NCBI RefSeq assembly: GCF_037042905.1
Contig: NC_087249.1
Location: 8,186,001-8,250,000, forward strand
DNA from: Lytechinus pictus
Lineage: Eukaryota
Reading direction: 5' to 3'
DNA length: 64,000 bases
Within the stretch, counting starts at the first letter, position 1. Every line of letters begins with the position of its first letter. This document shows positions 1 through 12,650 of the stretch, in pieces. The notes below the pieces were generated by a model. It was not told where the DNA came from and made no database searches. It saw only the letters and a list, made by a program, of their open reading frames with translations. The position numbers were made by a program, and so were the translations under genes.

Positions 1-134
1 GATGGAGGAAGCGCACTGTAAAAGACGCATATAAAGACGCGTTACCATGACTGCAAGATGACAATGGCGAATTTCCGGCTCCAAAACAGGAAGATCTGAA
101 AAGGGCCTCACCGCCAACAGTCCAAGTTTAGCAG

Positions 135-411
135 TAAAAAAGTACCTGAGTATATTAAAAATAGTCTGCTTCGGCATATGGAATAAAGTAATCACAATAA
201 AGGTTTAGTAAATGCCGCGGAAATAAAATCTTTGATTTTAAATGGAGCATAGCTCTCAAAAATGAAAAATGTGACTTTACCTTTCATTTTTGAGAGCTAT
301 GCTCCTTTTAAAATCTGCGATTTTATTTCCACGGCATTTACTAAACCTTAATTGTGATTACTTTATTCCATATGCCGAAGCAGACTATTTTTATTTTACT
401 CAGGTACTTTT

Positions 412-412
<1 letters not shown>
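135..412. repeat. Long near-perfect palindrome (arms about 130 bp, 14-nt loop); centre of a fold-back element truncated by a microsatellite
   Basis: 135-267 is the reverse complement of 282-412 (e.g. AAAATAGTCTGCTTCGGCATATGGAATAAAGTAATCACAAT / ATTGTGATTACTTTATTCCATATGCCGAAGCAGACTATTTT). Confidence 0.85.

Positions 413-416
<4 letters not shown>

Positions 417-490
<74 letters not shown>
417..490. repeat. (TA)n(CA)n(TA)n microsatellite
   Basis: Seen directly. Confidence 0.95.
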
Positions 491-1279
491 CAGTGCGTCC
501 CACAAAAAACGAAACCGAGATTTATCGATGATTTATCATAACTTAATCACAAATACAATAGACAAGTGACCTACCATTGTAAAGTTTAGAATCCCCTCTT
601 TCATCTGAAATTACTTAGATTATCCCTCATTTACGCACGAGTGAGCAAAAACAATTTGAAGAAAGGATACCAAAAACTCGTTTGGCGGGGGGTATCTGAA
701 TAAAAAATAAAAACATTCCTACAAAGTTCAATATCTGCTCTTTTATTTGATACCTTAATCACATAAATGGTCAAGAAGTAAAAAAAGTTCTGTTCCCTTG
801 AAACAATGCTTGTATTTCCATAATTACATTAAATAAACGTGTTTTCCCACATAAGACTTAATGCATGGCTGATCGTCAACAAAACGGAGTGTCGAGTGAC
901 TCGGAACGCTAGCCTGTAAAACCTCTTCATTTTATGAAATTATTGTAATTAAAGCTTTATTTCAAATAAACAGAACTTTGTTATTTCTTGACCATTTTCT
1001 GTAATTGAGGTATCAAATTTAAGAGCAGATATTGAACTTTTTTAAAATGTGGTTTTCTTTTTAAAACCCAAATACATGCCGCTATAAGTGACTTTTTTGG
1101 TATCCCCTCTTCAAATTGTTTTTGCTCACTCATGTGTGAATGAGAAATAATCTAAGTAATTTCAGATGAAAGAGGAAATCCTAAGCTTTACAATGGTAGG
1201 GCACTTGACTATTGTATTTGTGATTAAGTTATGATCAATCATCGATAAATCTCGGTGTCGTTTTTTCTGGGACGCACTG
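491..1279. mobile_element. Tc1/mariner-type MITE with long TIRs, inserted in (TA)n
   Basis: CAGTGCGTCCCA...TGGGACGCACTG termini, TA flanks, arms of several hundred bp; sibling copies at 6080-6812 and about 42990-44070. Confidence 0.85.
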
Positions 1280-1300
1280 TATATATATATATATATATAT

Positions 1301-1901
1301 ATACTTGTAAATAATTCAGCATCAACGCAAGACGTAGCTTCCATGTATCTCTTTATTACAAGCTTTCGGCCAATGGGGCCTTCATCAGGCCTATAATGCA
1401 TTGAAACAAACAGAACAAACCATACAAATAAGGTCGAAATAACAAAGTGAATGTGTAACAAAGGGTACAGAACAGAAGGGTTACACTAAGATAACAAAAA
1501 TAACAGAAATTAACAACAGAGGGGGTTGAGTACAGAACAGAAGGATTATAGTAAGATAACAAAAAATAACAACAGAGGGGGTAATGACTTGAACGAGATG
1601 GTGGAATACAATAGAAACGATTGGGAAACTTAAGTGTGTGAAAGGACAAGGTATTTACCGGCATTGAAATTAACTTGGGATTCTGTTCATCAGGAGGAGT
1701 AGTGAGTCTTGTGCAGGTAATACTGTGAAAAAATGAGGATAATGTTTCAAGTAAAATGATAACTCCTTTCAATATTGTATCTTGTATTTGGGTACATAAC
1801 TATATTGATCCGTTTACATAGTATTCAAGTAACTGGTGATACAAGTTGTAGTTTGAGACATAAAAGGGTACATTGTCATGATGCTGAATTATTTACAAGT
1901 G
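1301..1901 (-). mobile_element. Non-autonomous Penelope-like retroelement remnant (pLTR-like) with an inverted terminal segment
   Basis: Hammerhead core followed by AATAAA on the minus strand; ACTTGTAAATAATTCAGCATCA (1303-1324) recurs inverted at about 1879-1900; internal duplication of about 65 bp at 1466-1580. Confidence 0.6.
1355..1397 (-). ncRNA. Minimal type I hammerhead ribozyme (Penelope pLTR type)
   Basis: Minus strand reads AUUAUAGGC-CUGAUGA-A-GGCC(CCAUU)GGCC-GAAA-GC-UU-GUAAU: intact core, 4-bp stem II, palindromic AAGCUU stem III. Confidence 0.7.
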
Positions 1902-1954
1902 TACATAGAACATGACGCGCTGTAATACACGTTATGCAAAGGGCCCTCTTCTTT

Positions 1955-1998
<44 letters not shown>

Positions 1999-4879
1999 GA
2001 TTTATCGATGAGGGGGTTATCATTCTACCCATACAACGTGATCAGAGTGGTACCGATCAGAGTTCACCCCCAATACAATGCTCAAAAGAATGTTCCGAAA
2101 CTTAAAGGCTAATAAGAAATATACCCGTGCAGTGAGAGCTACAAAGCAAGATCAGAGATCGTATTTTATATTTAGGCGTACGGTGAGCATGGTGCATGGT
2201 GAGTATCATTCCTTAATTATTATTAATTAGTCTAATAATTAGTCTATTTTCGAAAGAAGTTTACATTATACGACTTTTCTTTACATAAGCATGATGAAGT
2301 TAATAGGAAGTTTTCACAACCTCAACGGGGACAGTAAAATACGGTATGCAAAATTCAAAGAGCTCCCATGAGAGCGGATGGCCGATGTATAGAGAGTTTT
2401 TTTTCAACGCAATGTAAAGCGGATTCAAGAACATATTGAAAATGCCCGTCAAAATATTGACAAAGAACAGCTGTGGGGTCTTTATCGAAAATAGATGAAC
2501 CAGAACAGCAGTTTCTTCCAAAGTTTCAGAGGTGACGATATTAACTGAAAATATATGTCGTTTGTCGACTCCACGGGACGAAACTCATGCTGCTTTGATT
2601 CACCAATTTCGACAAAGACTTCTTGGTTGTTCTTTGTCATGAAGGGCATTTAACAATACATTTTCTATGTTCTTTCATCCGTTTTAAGTCCGAAAACTCT
2701 CATAGTCCAGATTGGAGGTTGATGTATGGAAGCTCTCTTTCCCCAAGCTGTATAATAATTATATAGAGCTGTATTAAACTGTATATAGGGTCTGAATATG
2801 GACTACCAGCCGTATAATTTACTTTATTCCTTACCTGTTATTACTGTATCTTAATTGACCTCTTCATCTCATGTTATATGTATTTGTATGCATTATGTAC
2901 TTTGTATTTTTTATTTTATATTCGGAAATAAGACAAGCTCCTAATCCCTAACCCAGTAGCTGATGAGTGTAGCAAGTTGCCCCCAAATAGTAATGAGCTG
3001 AAAAGAAGGTGTATCGGGAGTGGCGGCAGATTTTACCAGCTCCGACCAGCATGACCATGCAGAAAAAAGTTTTATGTCATCAAATTTTAAATAAAACATT
3101 ACTCTACAGACGTGAACCTACTCTAATTTAATGCTCGAATGTGACGTGTACTTTTATGCTTATTTATTATACACTTCAGGGGGGACGGGTTATAGTAATA
3201 GCGTGTTGGAAAGAAAGGACAAGGCCAGTACCGTCATTTTCCTGCGCGAAGTGCGGAAGCAAAGCTATATCGGAAATTATAAGGAGATAGAAGAAATATT
3301 GTTTAGGTTTTTATTCTAAGAAAAGAGAGTCCCTAAATGGGGGGGGGGGGGTGTCACTCCCAACGGCTCGGCTCTGCACTCGCGTCCAGAAAAAAAAGCC
3401 TCGAAAGGATCCCGATATAGAGTGGTACATTAAAGTGTTGCTTTATTTTTCATAACCATGGCCGCGACAATCACCGCTTAGAGGCCTTCTCTCACGCCAT
3501 ATACGGTTGCACATTGGTTGCGAATTGCTTTTCTTAGGAGTATTATTTAACGTTTGTTCTGCAGGAATATTATTTATGGATCATCCGTCTTTTTGTGAGC
3601 TTCTTTTGGTAGTAATTGTTAACGTATAAAGTGAGAAGGACACATTATAATTCACTCCTCTAAAATACACTTCTGCTTTCAGTTTTGGGGCGTTGTTTAC
3701 GCATCCGAAACTGGCTTTTTGCCAAGGTGGGCACCAATGTGCCTAATTCTTTACACCGGGACAGCTAGTGTATCAGGCTGGTGCGCACACCACGGGGGAT
3801 GAGGTAACCGCCTTTTGTGATTTTTCAAGAAGTAAAGAAAGTAAGACGGGTACGAGGAAGGTTGTGCTCTATATTACCTTACGTGCTCTTGAAGTGAAAA
3901 AATACGTCAAATGTAGATCACCTCCTCCGTGAAAAATATCCTGATGGCCGTATTCTAATACAGTTGCGTACCTTTTATACTCATCACTAGCGTACCTACG
4001 GGGGGAGGGGGCAGGGGGGGGGGCACTCTGCCCCCCCCCCTGACGAGCCACAACCCATACAAAATACATATCACTGCCCCCCCTGACGAGCTTGAAAGAC
4101 CTTTTATGCCCCCCCCCCCTGACGAGCTTGAAGACCTTTTTTTTTTTTTTTTCAACTACCATTCATGGACAAAGGTCATTTACAAGCGTTTTTCTTTCCG
4201 GCACGATGTTTCATATAGATCAGTTGGCCTATATGCAGTTAGGTGAAGAGAGTCACCGCCCCCTCCCCCTACTCGAAGCGCAACAACAACTTTGAGCAAT
4301 TCCCTAATAATGAGAGTAAAATGGCATCTGAGATATGGAAGGGTGGAGAGGGGGTATGTGGGATATCGACCACAATCTTTTATTTTTCAAGTAATCATGG
4401 GAAAGGTAGTTAAAATTAACCTGAACTATATTATGTGGATAAAAATGTATTTTGATTTTTTTTCATAAGTTTCAAGAATTTATATTTGATTTACTAAATA
4501 CCCAAACAAGAACATTAGCGGATGTGGCGTTTATAAAAAAAAATAACAACGACTGCTGTATAGAAACTGTTTTCACGGTTGTGTGAAGGTGTAGGGAGTG
4601 AAAGTGTGAAAGTATGAGGGTGGAATCTCTCAACCTTGACTGTGTACCTAATAATATACTCTTTCGTATCGCTCAACATAGTTTTCATTTTATACCCTGG
4701 CAAGCTATCCATTATTCGTCGGAGGAAAATAATATGATGAATATTGGCATATAATCCACCCCACCGTACATTTTTACCCAGCTTGGCGGGAATGAATTTT
4801 CTTTGAAATATGTTTTCATTTAACAGAGGCTGACGCATGACCGATCTTCGACAATTAGCTGAATCAATCCTCTCTCGTG

Positions 4880-5743
4880 ATGAAGTCCTTGATTAGGCAT
4901 ATGTTGATGGCCCTAACGGTCATCTGCGTCGGGTTCACATCGTCGGCAAATGGTGCAGACATCCTCATTTCTCTCATACTTCCCAAAGCTAATAGTCATA
5001 CAAAAAGTATTTCCGCCATGGCAGGAGCACTGACCCGACACGGCCACAACGTCACCATTCTCACCGCGTCCAACGTGGGCACAAAGGGATTCAAGGGAAA
5101 CACCTACAACACCGCCCTTCAGTACAAATTCATCCCTTCTGCAGAAATGGATGAAACACAAGAAAGAGTGAGAAACGGTGCATTTGAGAATAGCCCGTTG
5201 AATAATGTCATAAATATGAAGAAGATATTCCAACTACTACGGCAAGCGTGTCGGTATCTCTTCGAAGACTCCGCGACTCTGGCTTTGCTCAAGGAATCTC
5301 ACTTTGATATCCTGATCGGAGATGTCTTTGACGGATGTGATGCAGTCCTGAGTAGTTACCTCGAGATTCCGCACATTGCCGTGACGACATCGATGAGGTA
5401 TCCTTTCTTCCACGAGCACCTGTACGGAATCCCCGCACCTTCGTCCTACGTACCGCTGGGAGTCTTCTCACTATCAGACAAGATGACCTTCCTGGAGCGG
5501 GTGGTGTCCTTCATGGAGCACAATCTTGTCATTCCCTTGGCGGGATGGTCTCACCTCGGGGCTATGGATGAGATGAAGAATCGATATGGTATTGCTCCAG
5601 GTCGAAGTGTCCAGGAACTCATAGGCGATGCAGAGCTGTGGTTGTGTGTGACGAACTTCGCCTTCGATTTCCCTCATCCTATAGCACCCAACTGGGTGGC
5701 GATCGGCAATATTGCTGATGTTCCAGCAAAACCACTCGATGAG
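4880..5743 (+). CDS. UGT: UDP-glucuronosyltransferase exon 1 (signal peptide, aglycone-binding domain; 864 nt, phase 0)
   Basis: MKSLIRHMLMALTVICVGFTSS signal; SH catalytic His motif, RHGHNVT, FDILIGD, PSSYVP, DKMTFLERV, FDFPHP; donor GAG|GTAATT. Confidence 0.95.
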
Positions 5744-6079
5744 GTAATTTCAATTGCCACCCTAATGATACTAATGATGACACTGAATTAAATTTTCACA
5801 ATACAGCCACATTGAATCAGCCGGGTTATCACTTGAGATATTAGTTTCTTTCAATCTTTAGAAACGAAACATATTTATATAAAAGTAACAGTTAACACGA
5901 TAAATTGTTGTCATGTTATTTATATCTTTATTTAAACAAATCAAATAAAAATGCACAAAGAAGTTCTGTAAGCTCTGTAAAGAGCGCAGCTCCAGAACAC
6001 AATGTATATAGTACAACGAAGAAAAACATAGACAAAAAGTATACATACATATATATGTATATATATATATATATATATA

Positions 6080-6812
6080 CAGTGCGTCCCAGAAAAACGA
6101 AACCGAGATTAAGCGATGATTTATCATACCTTAATCACAAATACAATAAACAAATGACCTACCAAAATGTGAAGCTTAGAATCTCCTCTCTCATCTGATA
6201 TTACTTCCTCATTCACGCATGAGTGAGCAAAAACAATTTGAAGAAAGTATACCAAAAACTCATTTGGCGGGGGGGTATCTGAATTTTAAAAAGAAAATCA
6301 CATGCCTAAAAAGTTCAATATCTGCTCTTTTATTTGATACCTTAATCACAAAAAATGGTCAAGAACTAAAAAGTTATGTTCCCTCGAAACAATGCTTGTA
6401 TTTCCATAATTTCATTAAATAAACGTGTTTTCACCGGTTTCCCACAGAAGCTATCGTGGTTAACAAAAGACTTAATGCATGGCTGACCGTCAACAAAACA
6501 ATAACCAGAACTTTGTTATTTCTTAACCATTTTCTGTAATTCAGGTATCAAATGAGAGAGGAGATATTGAACTTTTTAAAAATGTGGATTTCTTTTTTTA
6601 AACCCGGATACAGCCCGCCAAATGACTTTTTGGTAGCCCCTCTTCAAATTGTTTTTGCTCACTCATGCGTGAATAAGAAATAATCTAAGTAATTTCAGAT
6701 GAAAGAGGGGATTCTGAGCTTTACAATGGTAGGTCATTTGTCCATTGTATTTGTGATTAAGTTATGATAAATCATCGATAAATCTCGGTTTCGTTTTTTG
6801 TGGGAAGCACTG
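6080..6812. mobile_element. Tc1/mariner-type MITE, same family as 491-1279, with internal deletion
   Basis: CAGTGCGTCCC...GGGAAGCACTG termini; (TA)n on the left. Confidence 0.85.
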
Positions 6813-7320
6813 TGTATATATTTATATATGATGTTGCTTTTCTTGGCAATGCCCTCCGTTCAGTTAATTTATCTTCTTTTTGTTATAAATGTCATTGAAT
6901 ATATTGTTTTGAATATGTACTATTACTTTGATTATATATTTATTTTTTCCCCCTTCCACAGGGTTCTTTATTTTCAAAAAGGCATGGTATAAACATTTAC
7001 AATTTTTCCGACAAACATTAAATAAACATGGTATATACATAATTCATAATAAAAATACATAGACATGTAGTTAAACTGACTTATTGTACAATCAAGTTGT
7101 CACAGCCAAAGCAAATTTGGCAAGAAAAAAGGGGTATGATACATATAACTAAGAATAAACACTGCATGGTAATAATTGTGTTAATGTGACAGATTATATT
7201 GGTTTATTTTGTTGAACGGAAATAGATAAATCTAAATCTATAAAGTACATCTTGGCGAGGTACAGTTATGCACTTAGCGCTAACAAAGTTTATAATCATA
7301 CTTCATCTCTTTCATTGAAG

Positions 7321-7377
7321 GAATACGAAGACTTTGTCGAGGGGTCACGGGAACATGGTTTCATCATATTCTCATTG
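7321..7377 (+). CDS. UGT: UGT exon 2 (57 nt; EYEDFVEGSREHGFIIFSL)
   Basis: AG at 7319-7320, GTAAGA at 7378; matches the UGT 'EMEEFVQSSGEHGVVVFSLG' segment. Confidence 0.92.
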
Positions 7378-7916
7378 GTAAGATTGTACGAAGAATCCAA
7401 AATAAAATATGAAAATGGTGTCAATTCTTGACTTGCTCCAATAATTGTGAGTTGTTCAATATTGATAAAAGAACTGTTGGTAAAATGTTGGATTTGTTTC
7501 AATATTGAGCTAAATTAATTTGCATGCACTACCAACACATGACCAATTAAATGTGACTAAAAAAATTGTCAAATATGACTAAAGGTACCAAACCAACCCC
7601 TACATCTCATGTACCTTGGTTCATATTCTAAGAGTATATGTCAATAAATTTTCAATCGTCAAAAGGCAGTCTTAGAATATACGACTGCAGTTGATGTGAT
7701 TGATACCAAAATATATTCCATCCGAATTTTCACCAACAAATTTACAAAGTAAGGCAAAATATGAGATAACATAAACATGATAATGAAATTACAATATTAT
7801 GTCATACTTCCTCATAATTATGAAGCGGCCCAGTGAATTAGTCTCCGGTCTTTGAAACACAGGGTTTTTATGCTATGTGTTTTTCAATGTATTATACAAT
7901 AATTGTATATATATTG

Positions 7917-9139
7917 TATGGAAGCTTAAACGTGCCACCAGGATGTTCATTATCATCTCGTCATGTCTATATACATCTTTTAGGGGAAAGGATGAGATGA
8001 CGAAATCTTGGATCTCGTCATGTCTATATCCTGTGGGAGAGATGATCAGATAACAAGATCTTAGATCTCGTCATGTCTACATCCATGTGAGAGATGATCA
8101 GATGACAAGATCTCGGATCTCGTCATGTCTATATCCCGTGGGCGCATACATTCGTAATTCCGAAGCTTCGTTATTCCGAAGGTTCGGATATTCCGAATGT
8201 TCGTTATTCCGAAGGTTCATATTTCCGAAGATTCGTAATTCCGAAGGTTCGTTAGTCCGAAAACGAAATGAGGTTCGTAATTCCGAAGGTTCGTTAGTCC
8301 GAAAACGGAGTGAGGTTCGTAATTTCGAAGGTTCGTTAATCCGAAAAAGAAATAAGGTTCGTAATTCCGAAGGTTCGTTAGTCCGAAAACTAAATGATTA
8401 ACTAACCATATTTCGTTTTCGGACTAACGAACCTTCGGAACAACGAACCTTATTTCGTTTTCGGATTAACGAACCTTCGGAACAACGAACCTTATTTCGT
8501 TTTCGGATTAACGAACCTTCGGAACATCGAACCTTATTTCGTTTTCGGATTATCGAACCTTCGGAATAACGCCACAAATGTTCGGATTAACGAACCCTTT
8601 TACGTTTTCGGATTAACGAACATCGAGGTATAGGCAATTTGCGTGTTTCGGAATTACGAACCTTCGGAATGAAGAACCTTCGGAATTACGAAGTGTAACC
8701 CCCGTGGGAGAGAAGATCAGATGACAAGAACTTAGATCTCGTCATGTCTACATCCTGTAGAAGCGATGATGAGATGACGAGATTTTAGATCTCGTCATGG
8801 TTATATCCCGTGGGAGAGATGGTGACATGACAAGATCTCGGATCCAAGATCTTATAATCGGATCATCTTTCCCACGGGATGACATGACTAGATTCGAAAT
8901 CTTGTCATCTGATCATCTCTCTCACAGAATATATGTTGACGTTACGAGATCAGAGATCTTGTCATCTGATCATCTCTTCTAGAAGATGTAGATCGGAGAT
9001 CTTGTCATCTCATCATCTCTTCTACAGGATGTATACATGACGAGATCTAAGATCTTGTTATCTGATCATCTCTCCCACGGGATGTAGACATGACGAGATG
9101 ATTATATGAACATCTGGGTGGCACTTTTAAGCTTCCATA
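7917..9139. mobile_element. Non-autonomous TIR element with inverted arrays of about 51-bp tandem repeats (TAY..RTA termini, possibly IS3EU-like)
   Basis: TATGGAAGCTTAAACGTGCCACC / GGTGGCACTTTTAAGCTTCCATA; GATCTCGTCATGTCTA..GATGACAAGATC units flip orientation near 8850. Confidence 0.7.
8143..8700. mobile_element. Nested fold-back element built of TTCGTAATTCCGAAGGTTCG tandem units
   Basis: Direct repeat CCCGTGGG at 8135-8142 and 8701-8708; units invert near 8400. Confidence 0.8.
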
Positions 9140-9436
9140 CTCTTGTTATTTTGTTCAGTTCCTTTATTGCTGTGCGTTCAATAATGTGTTGAATGAATAA
9201 CCTCTTCTGGGCTCCGTAGCACAAAGGTTAGCGATTTGCCTCTAATTTGAAAAAACTCTTTTGATTGGCTTCTCTAGTCAGTCTACTGTGCAAAATTGTG
9301 CATCTCGATCCCGGATCTCCATAGGCCATTTCATTTCACGATTAATCGCTTTTGTGCTAGGGGGTCCACATTACTTATAACCAACTCCTTGCTTATGTGA
9401 ATATCTCCGCTACATTATGCTTTCAAACACATACAG

Positions 9437-9599
9437 GGTAACAACCACAGCATAATGCCGTCACACATGACAGAGATCTTTGCACGAGTCTTCAGCGAGC
9501 TTCCCCAGAGAGTCATCTGGCGGTATACCGGACCACGCCCTCGTTTCCTTGGTAACAACACCAAACTGGTAGAATGGATGCCTCAAAATGACCTCCTGG
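9437..9599 (+). CDS. UGT: UGT exon 3 (163 nt; GNNHSIMP...ELPQRVIWRY...WMPQNDLL)
   Basis: ATACAG| acceptor, G|GTATGT donor; start of the UGT signature WxPQNDLL. Confidence 0.95.
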
Positions 9600-9623
9600 G
9601 TATGTCAAACTAGATACTAGTTG

Positions 9624-9842
9624 CATGGCCCTGGGAAGCGGGGGTGCTGAAGCACCCCAAGATTTTCCTTGGGGTGCTGCGTGTGTTAATTAGGCAGCAC
9701 CCCCTGCAACTCTGGTAGGTGTGGCAAAATGTAGAAATATAAGCAAAGTGACCTACATTTTGTAGTGAAACCATTTTATTTTTGCTTGTCAAATTATTTG
9801 CATCACCACCCCCTGTAAAACAAAATCGTTCCCAGGGCCCTG
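9624..9842. mobile_element. Short hAT-like MITE
   Basis: CATGGCCCTGGGAA / TTCCCAGGGCCCTG TIRs; degenerate 8-bp flanks. Confidence 0.6.
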
Positions 9843-10246
9843 GCTGGTCGGCATCGGTTTCAATGAGCATATAAGGTAAAATATACATTTTAAGTATAGG
9901 CATAGGAAAAGTGTCAACCCAAATCTAATGACAGTTAAGGAACGTGCGACTTGGGGGTCGGGGGAGGGGTCAGTGTATCTTTACCTCCCTTTCTCGCTTT
10001 GTACCCCTACTAAAATACCTTACATAGCTTTTTGGAAGGGAATTGGGATGTTCTGGCGGATTTCTTTCTCATTACATTAACTTTTCTTCCTCCATTTTAA
10101 TACTATAGTACCCAAAATATACCTTTTAGTAAGCATTGTAGAAATTCCAACTGGATCAAAATGTGTTCATATACAATTTTCCAATTAATGTGCTAATATG
10201 AGAAGAAAAACAAAAGAAAGAAAAATATCACCACGTAACGTTTACC

Positions 10247-11847
10247 CACTGCAAAAACTCCGGTGTTGATTTAACACCAGCCCGGAATCTATATGTCCAC
10301 ACCAGAGAAGTATTGAAACAACACCAGTTTGGACTCAGATGCTGTTTTAATACTAATCGGTGTTGTGTAAACACCTATCTGGTCAGTGGCGTACCGTGGG
10401 TCACGGCATTGGGGGGGGGGCACCAGCAAAAATTTTGAGTCACTTAGTGAGTGCGCAAAGCGCGCTCAGTTGCCAGGTATACTGACCTAATAGAGGCATT
10501 TTAAGGACAGTGCCATTAAACGGATATGTATCTCACTGATCACATAATGCGAGCGCGAAGCGCGAGCTGAAAATTTTTTGATATTCAGACCTAAAAAGGG
10601 ACATTATAAGCAAATTTTCGTAATCATGATACGTACCTGTCTCGCTAAACAAACAATGCGAGTGCGTAGCGCGAGCTGAAATTTTTGTATATATTGACCC
10701 CAAACAGGGACATTTAAGACTATACATATCTCACCATAGTCATCTAATGCGAGTGCCATACGCTTGCTGATTTTGTTAGAATTATATACATCTAAACACA
10801 TGAAGCACTTGTGGTCATTGTAATCATGATTAAATATGCATCTCACTAATCAAATATTGCGAGCGCGAAGCGCGAGCTGAAAATTTAGGAAATTCAGATC
10901 TAATGAAGGACATTTTTAAGGCTTGTTTGTAGGAATTCTCAAAGACCATACGTATTTCACTAACCAAATGATGCGAGCGCGAAACGTGAGCTGGAATTTT
11001 TGTATATATTGACCCATGCAAACAGGGATATTTTAAGGACTATTTTTAAAGGAACCATTAAGAGTACACATACTTTTTGTAGTCATTGTAATCATGATTA
11101 TCATACGCATCTCACTAGTCAAATATTGCGAGCGCGAAGCGCGTGCTGAAAATTTAGGAAATTCAGACCTGAAGAATTCACGTAGGCCATGCGTATTTCA
11201 CTGACCAAATGATGCCAGCGCAAGCTAAAAATTTTTTATATTCAGATCAGAAAAAGGGACATTTTAAGGACTGATTTTAGGAATTCATGAAGAGCAGACA
11301 TATCTCACTAAGCCACTAATGCGATTGTAAGCACGGACAGGAAATATTTTATATTAAGACGTTAAAATGATATGTCATTAAATAAAACAATAATAATTCA
11401 AAGTGCGTGGAAATATTTTTGGTGTATATTGACTTGAAAACGGGAGGTTTTAGTACAACAGGATTATATATCTCGTTAAACAGACAATGCGAGCACCAGG
11501 AACAATGAAGACATAGGCCCTGAGTATATTGTGTTTCATGAAGTTATATTTTTTATTTTTATGTAATGTAACATAACATAATTATAATAAAATATAATGA
11601 ACTATAATTTCTTCTTTCCCAATACGTTTCTCTCACTTTCTCCCTCTTTTTCTCCTTTTCCCCGTTTTTTTTTGGCCAGCCGATTGGGGGGGGGGGGCAC
11701 GTGCCCCGCATGCCCCCCCCCCCCCGTAGTTACGCCACTGTATCTGGTGTTAGACCAAAACGAAATTGGTGTCGTTTAACACTTCTCTGGTGTGGACATA
11801 TATAGATTCCGGGCTGGTGTTAAATCAACACCAGAGTTTTTGCAGTG
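10247..11847. mobile_element. CACTA/EnSpm-type MITE (CACTG termini), interrupted by a hAT MITE
   Basis: CACTGCAAAAACTCCGGTGTTGATTTAACACCAGCCCGGAATCTATATGTCCACACCAGAGAAGT is inverted at 11780-11847. Confidence 0.8.
10384..11740. mobile_element. hAT MITE with internal GCGAGCGCGAAGCGCGAGC-containing tandem repeats
   Basis: TIR CAGTGGCGTA/TACGCCACTG; perfect 8-bp TSD TATCTGGT (10376-10383, 11741-11748). Confidence 0.9.
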
Positions 11848-11893
11848 CACCTTTATAAAGTATATTATCGTTTGGTATGATTGAATAATGTAG

Positions 11894-12113
11894 GTCACCA
11901 GAAAGCACGACTTATGGTATACCACGGAGGTCTAACTGGGATTTTTGAAGCCATTAACCACGGTGTACCGATGGTTGTAATGCCATTGTTAGGTGACCAG
12001 GAAGCCAACGCTGTTAAGGTCAAAGCCAAGGGCATGGGAAGACTTCTCCCAAAAGACTCCATCACATACGAGACCGTAAAGGAAGCGATTACGGATGTAC
12101 TTGAAAATCCACG
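11894..12113 (+). CDS. UGT: UGT exon 4 (220 nt; UDP-sugar-binding signature)
   Basis: GHQKARLMVYHGGLTGIFEAINHGVPMVVMPLLGDQ; TAG| acceptor, CG|GTAAGG donor. Confidence 0.95.
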
Positions 12114-12650
12114 GTAAGGTTATCACAATAACGCACTGGCGCATTATAGATGCGCGGGGGGGGGGGTTACTGGGGGCCATGCCACCCACCTTCCCGGGTC
12201 CACGACAAAGAAACACGAAAGGAAATAAGATATTATTTTACGAGGTGTATTTTCAAAATCTATCACAAAAAATATTTTTGTATTTTAAAAATGTCAATAA
12301 TTTTGCCCGCTCGCTTTACTCATTCGTGACTTTTAAGAAAGTGTATCCTGTGCACTATAATTCTTCCCTTCGAAGTTTTGTTTTGGGGTAATTGTGCTAC
12401 ATATAAACATAATAAGAACATTAATGAGTCGTCGCAAGAAACTTGTACTCTCCAAATTGCAAATAAAGCGTATACAGGGCATTCAACGCAATTTGTATTT
12501 TGGCAAATGACTTGTGTTTTATTTTGGGATTGAACGTAATTGAACGTAATGAACGCAGCACCCCAGAAAAATCTTGGGGTCATGAAACATAGACAAGAAT
12601 GATTTATGAATAAAAAGCAATAAGGATACATTCGCTTTCATTTTTTTTAG

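Noticed and set aside
2938..2956. Telomerase RNA template or telomeric repeats (also TTAGGG-like words at 14222 and 19350-20330)
   Set aside because: No full CTAACCCTAAC template or tandem array; the words are isolated or MITE-internal
8087..8700. CRISPR-like regular repeats and the RNSEGSLVRK ORF
   Set aside because: Tandem units lack unique spacers, invert centrally and have a TSD; eukaryotic context with no cas genes
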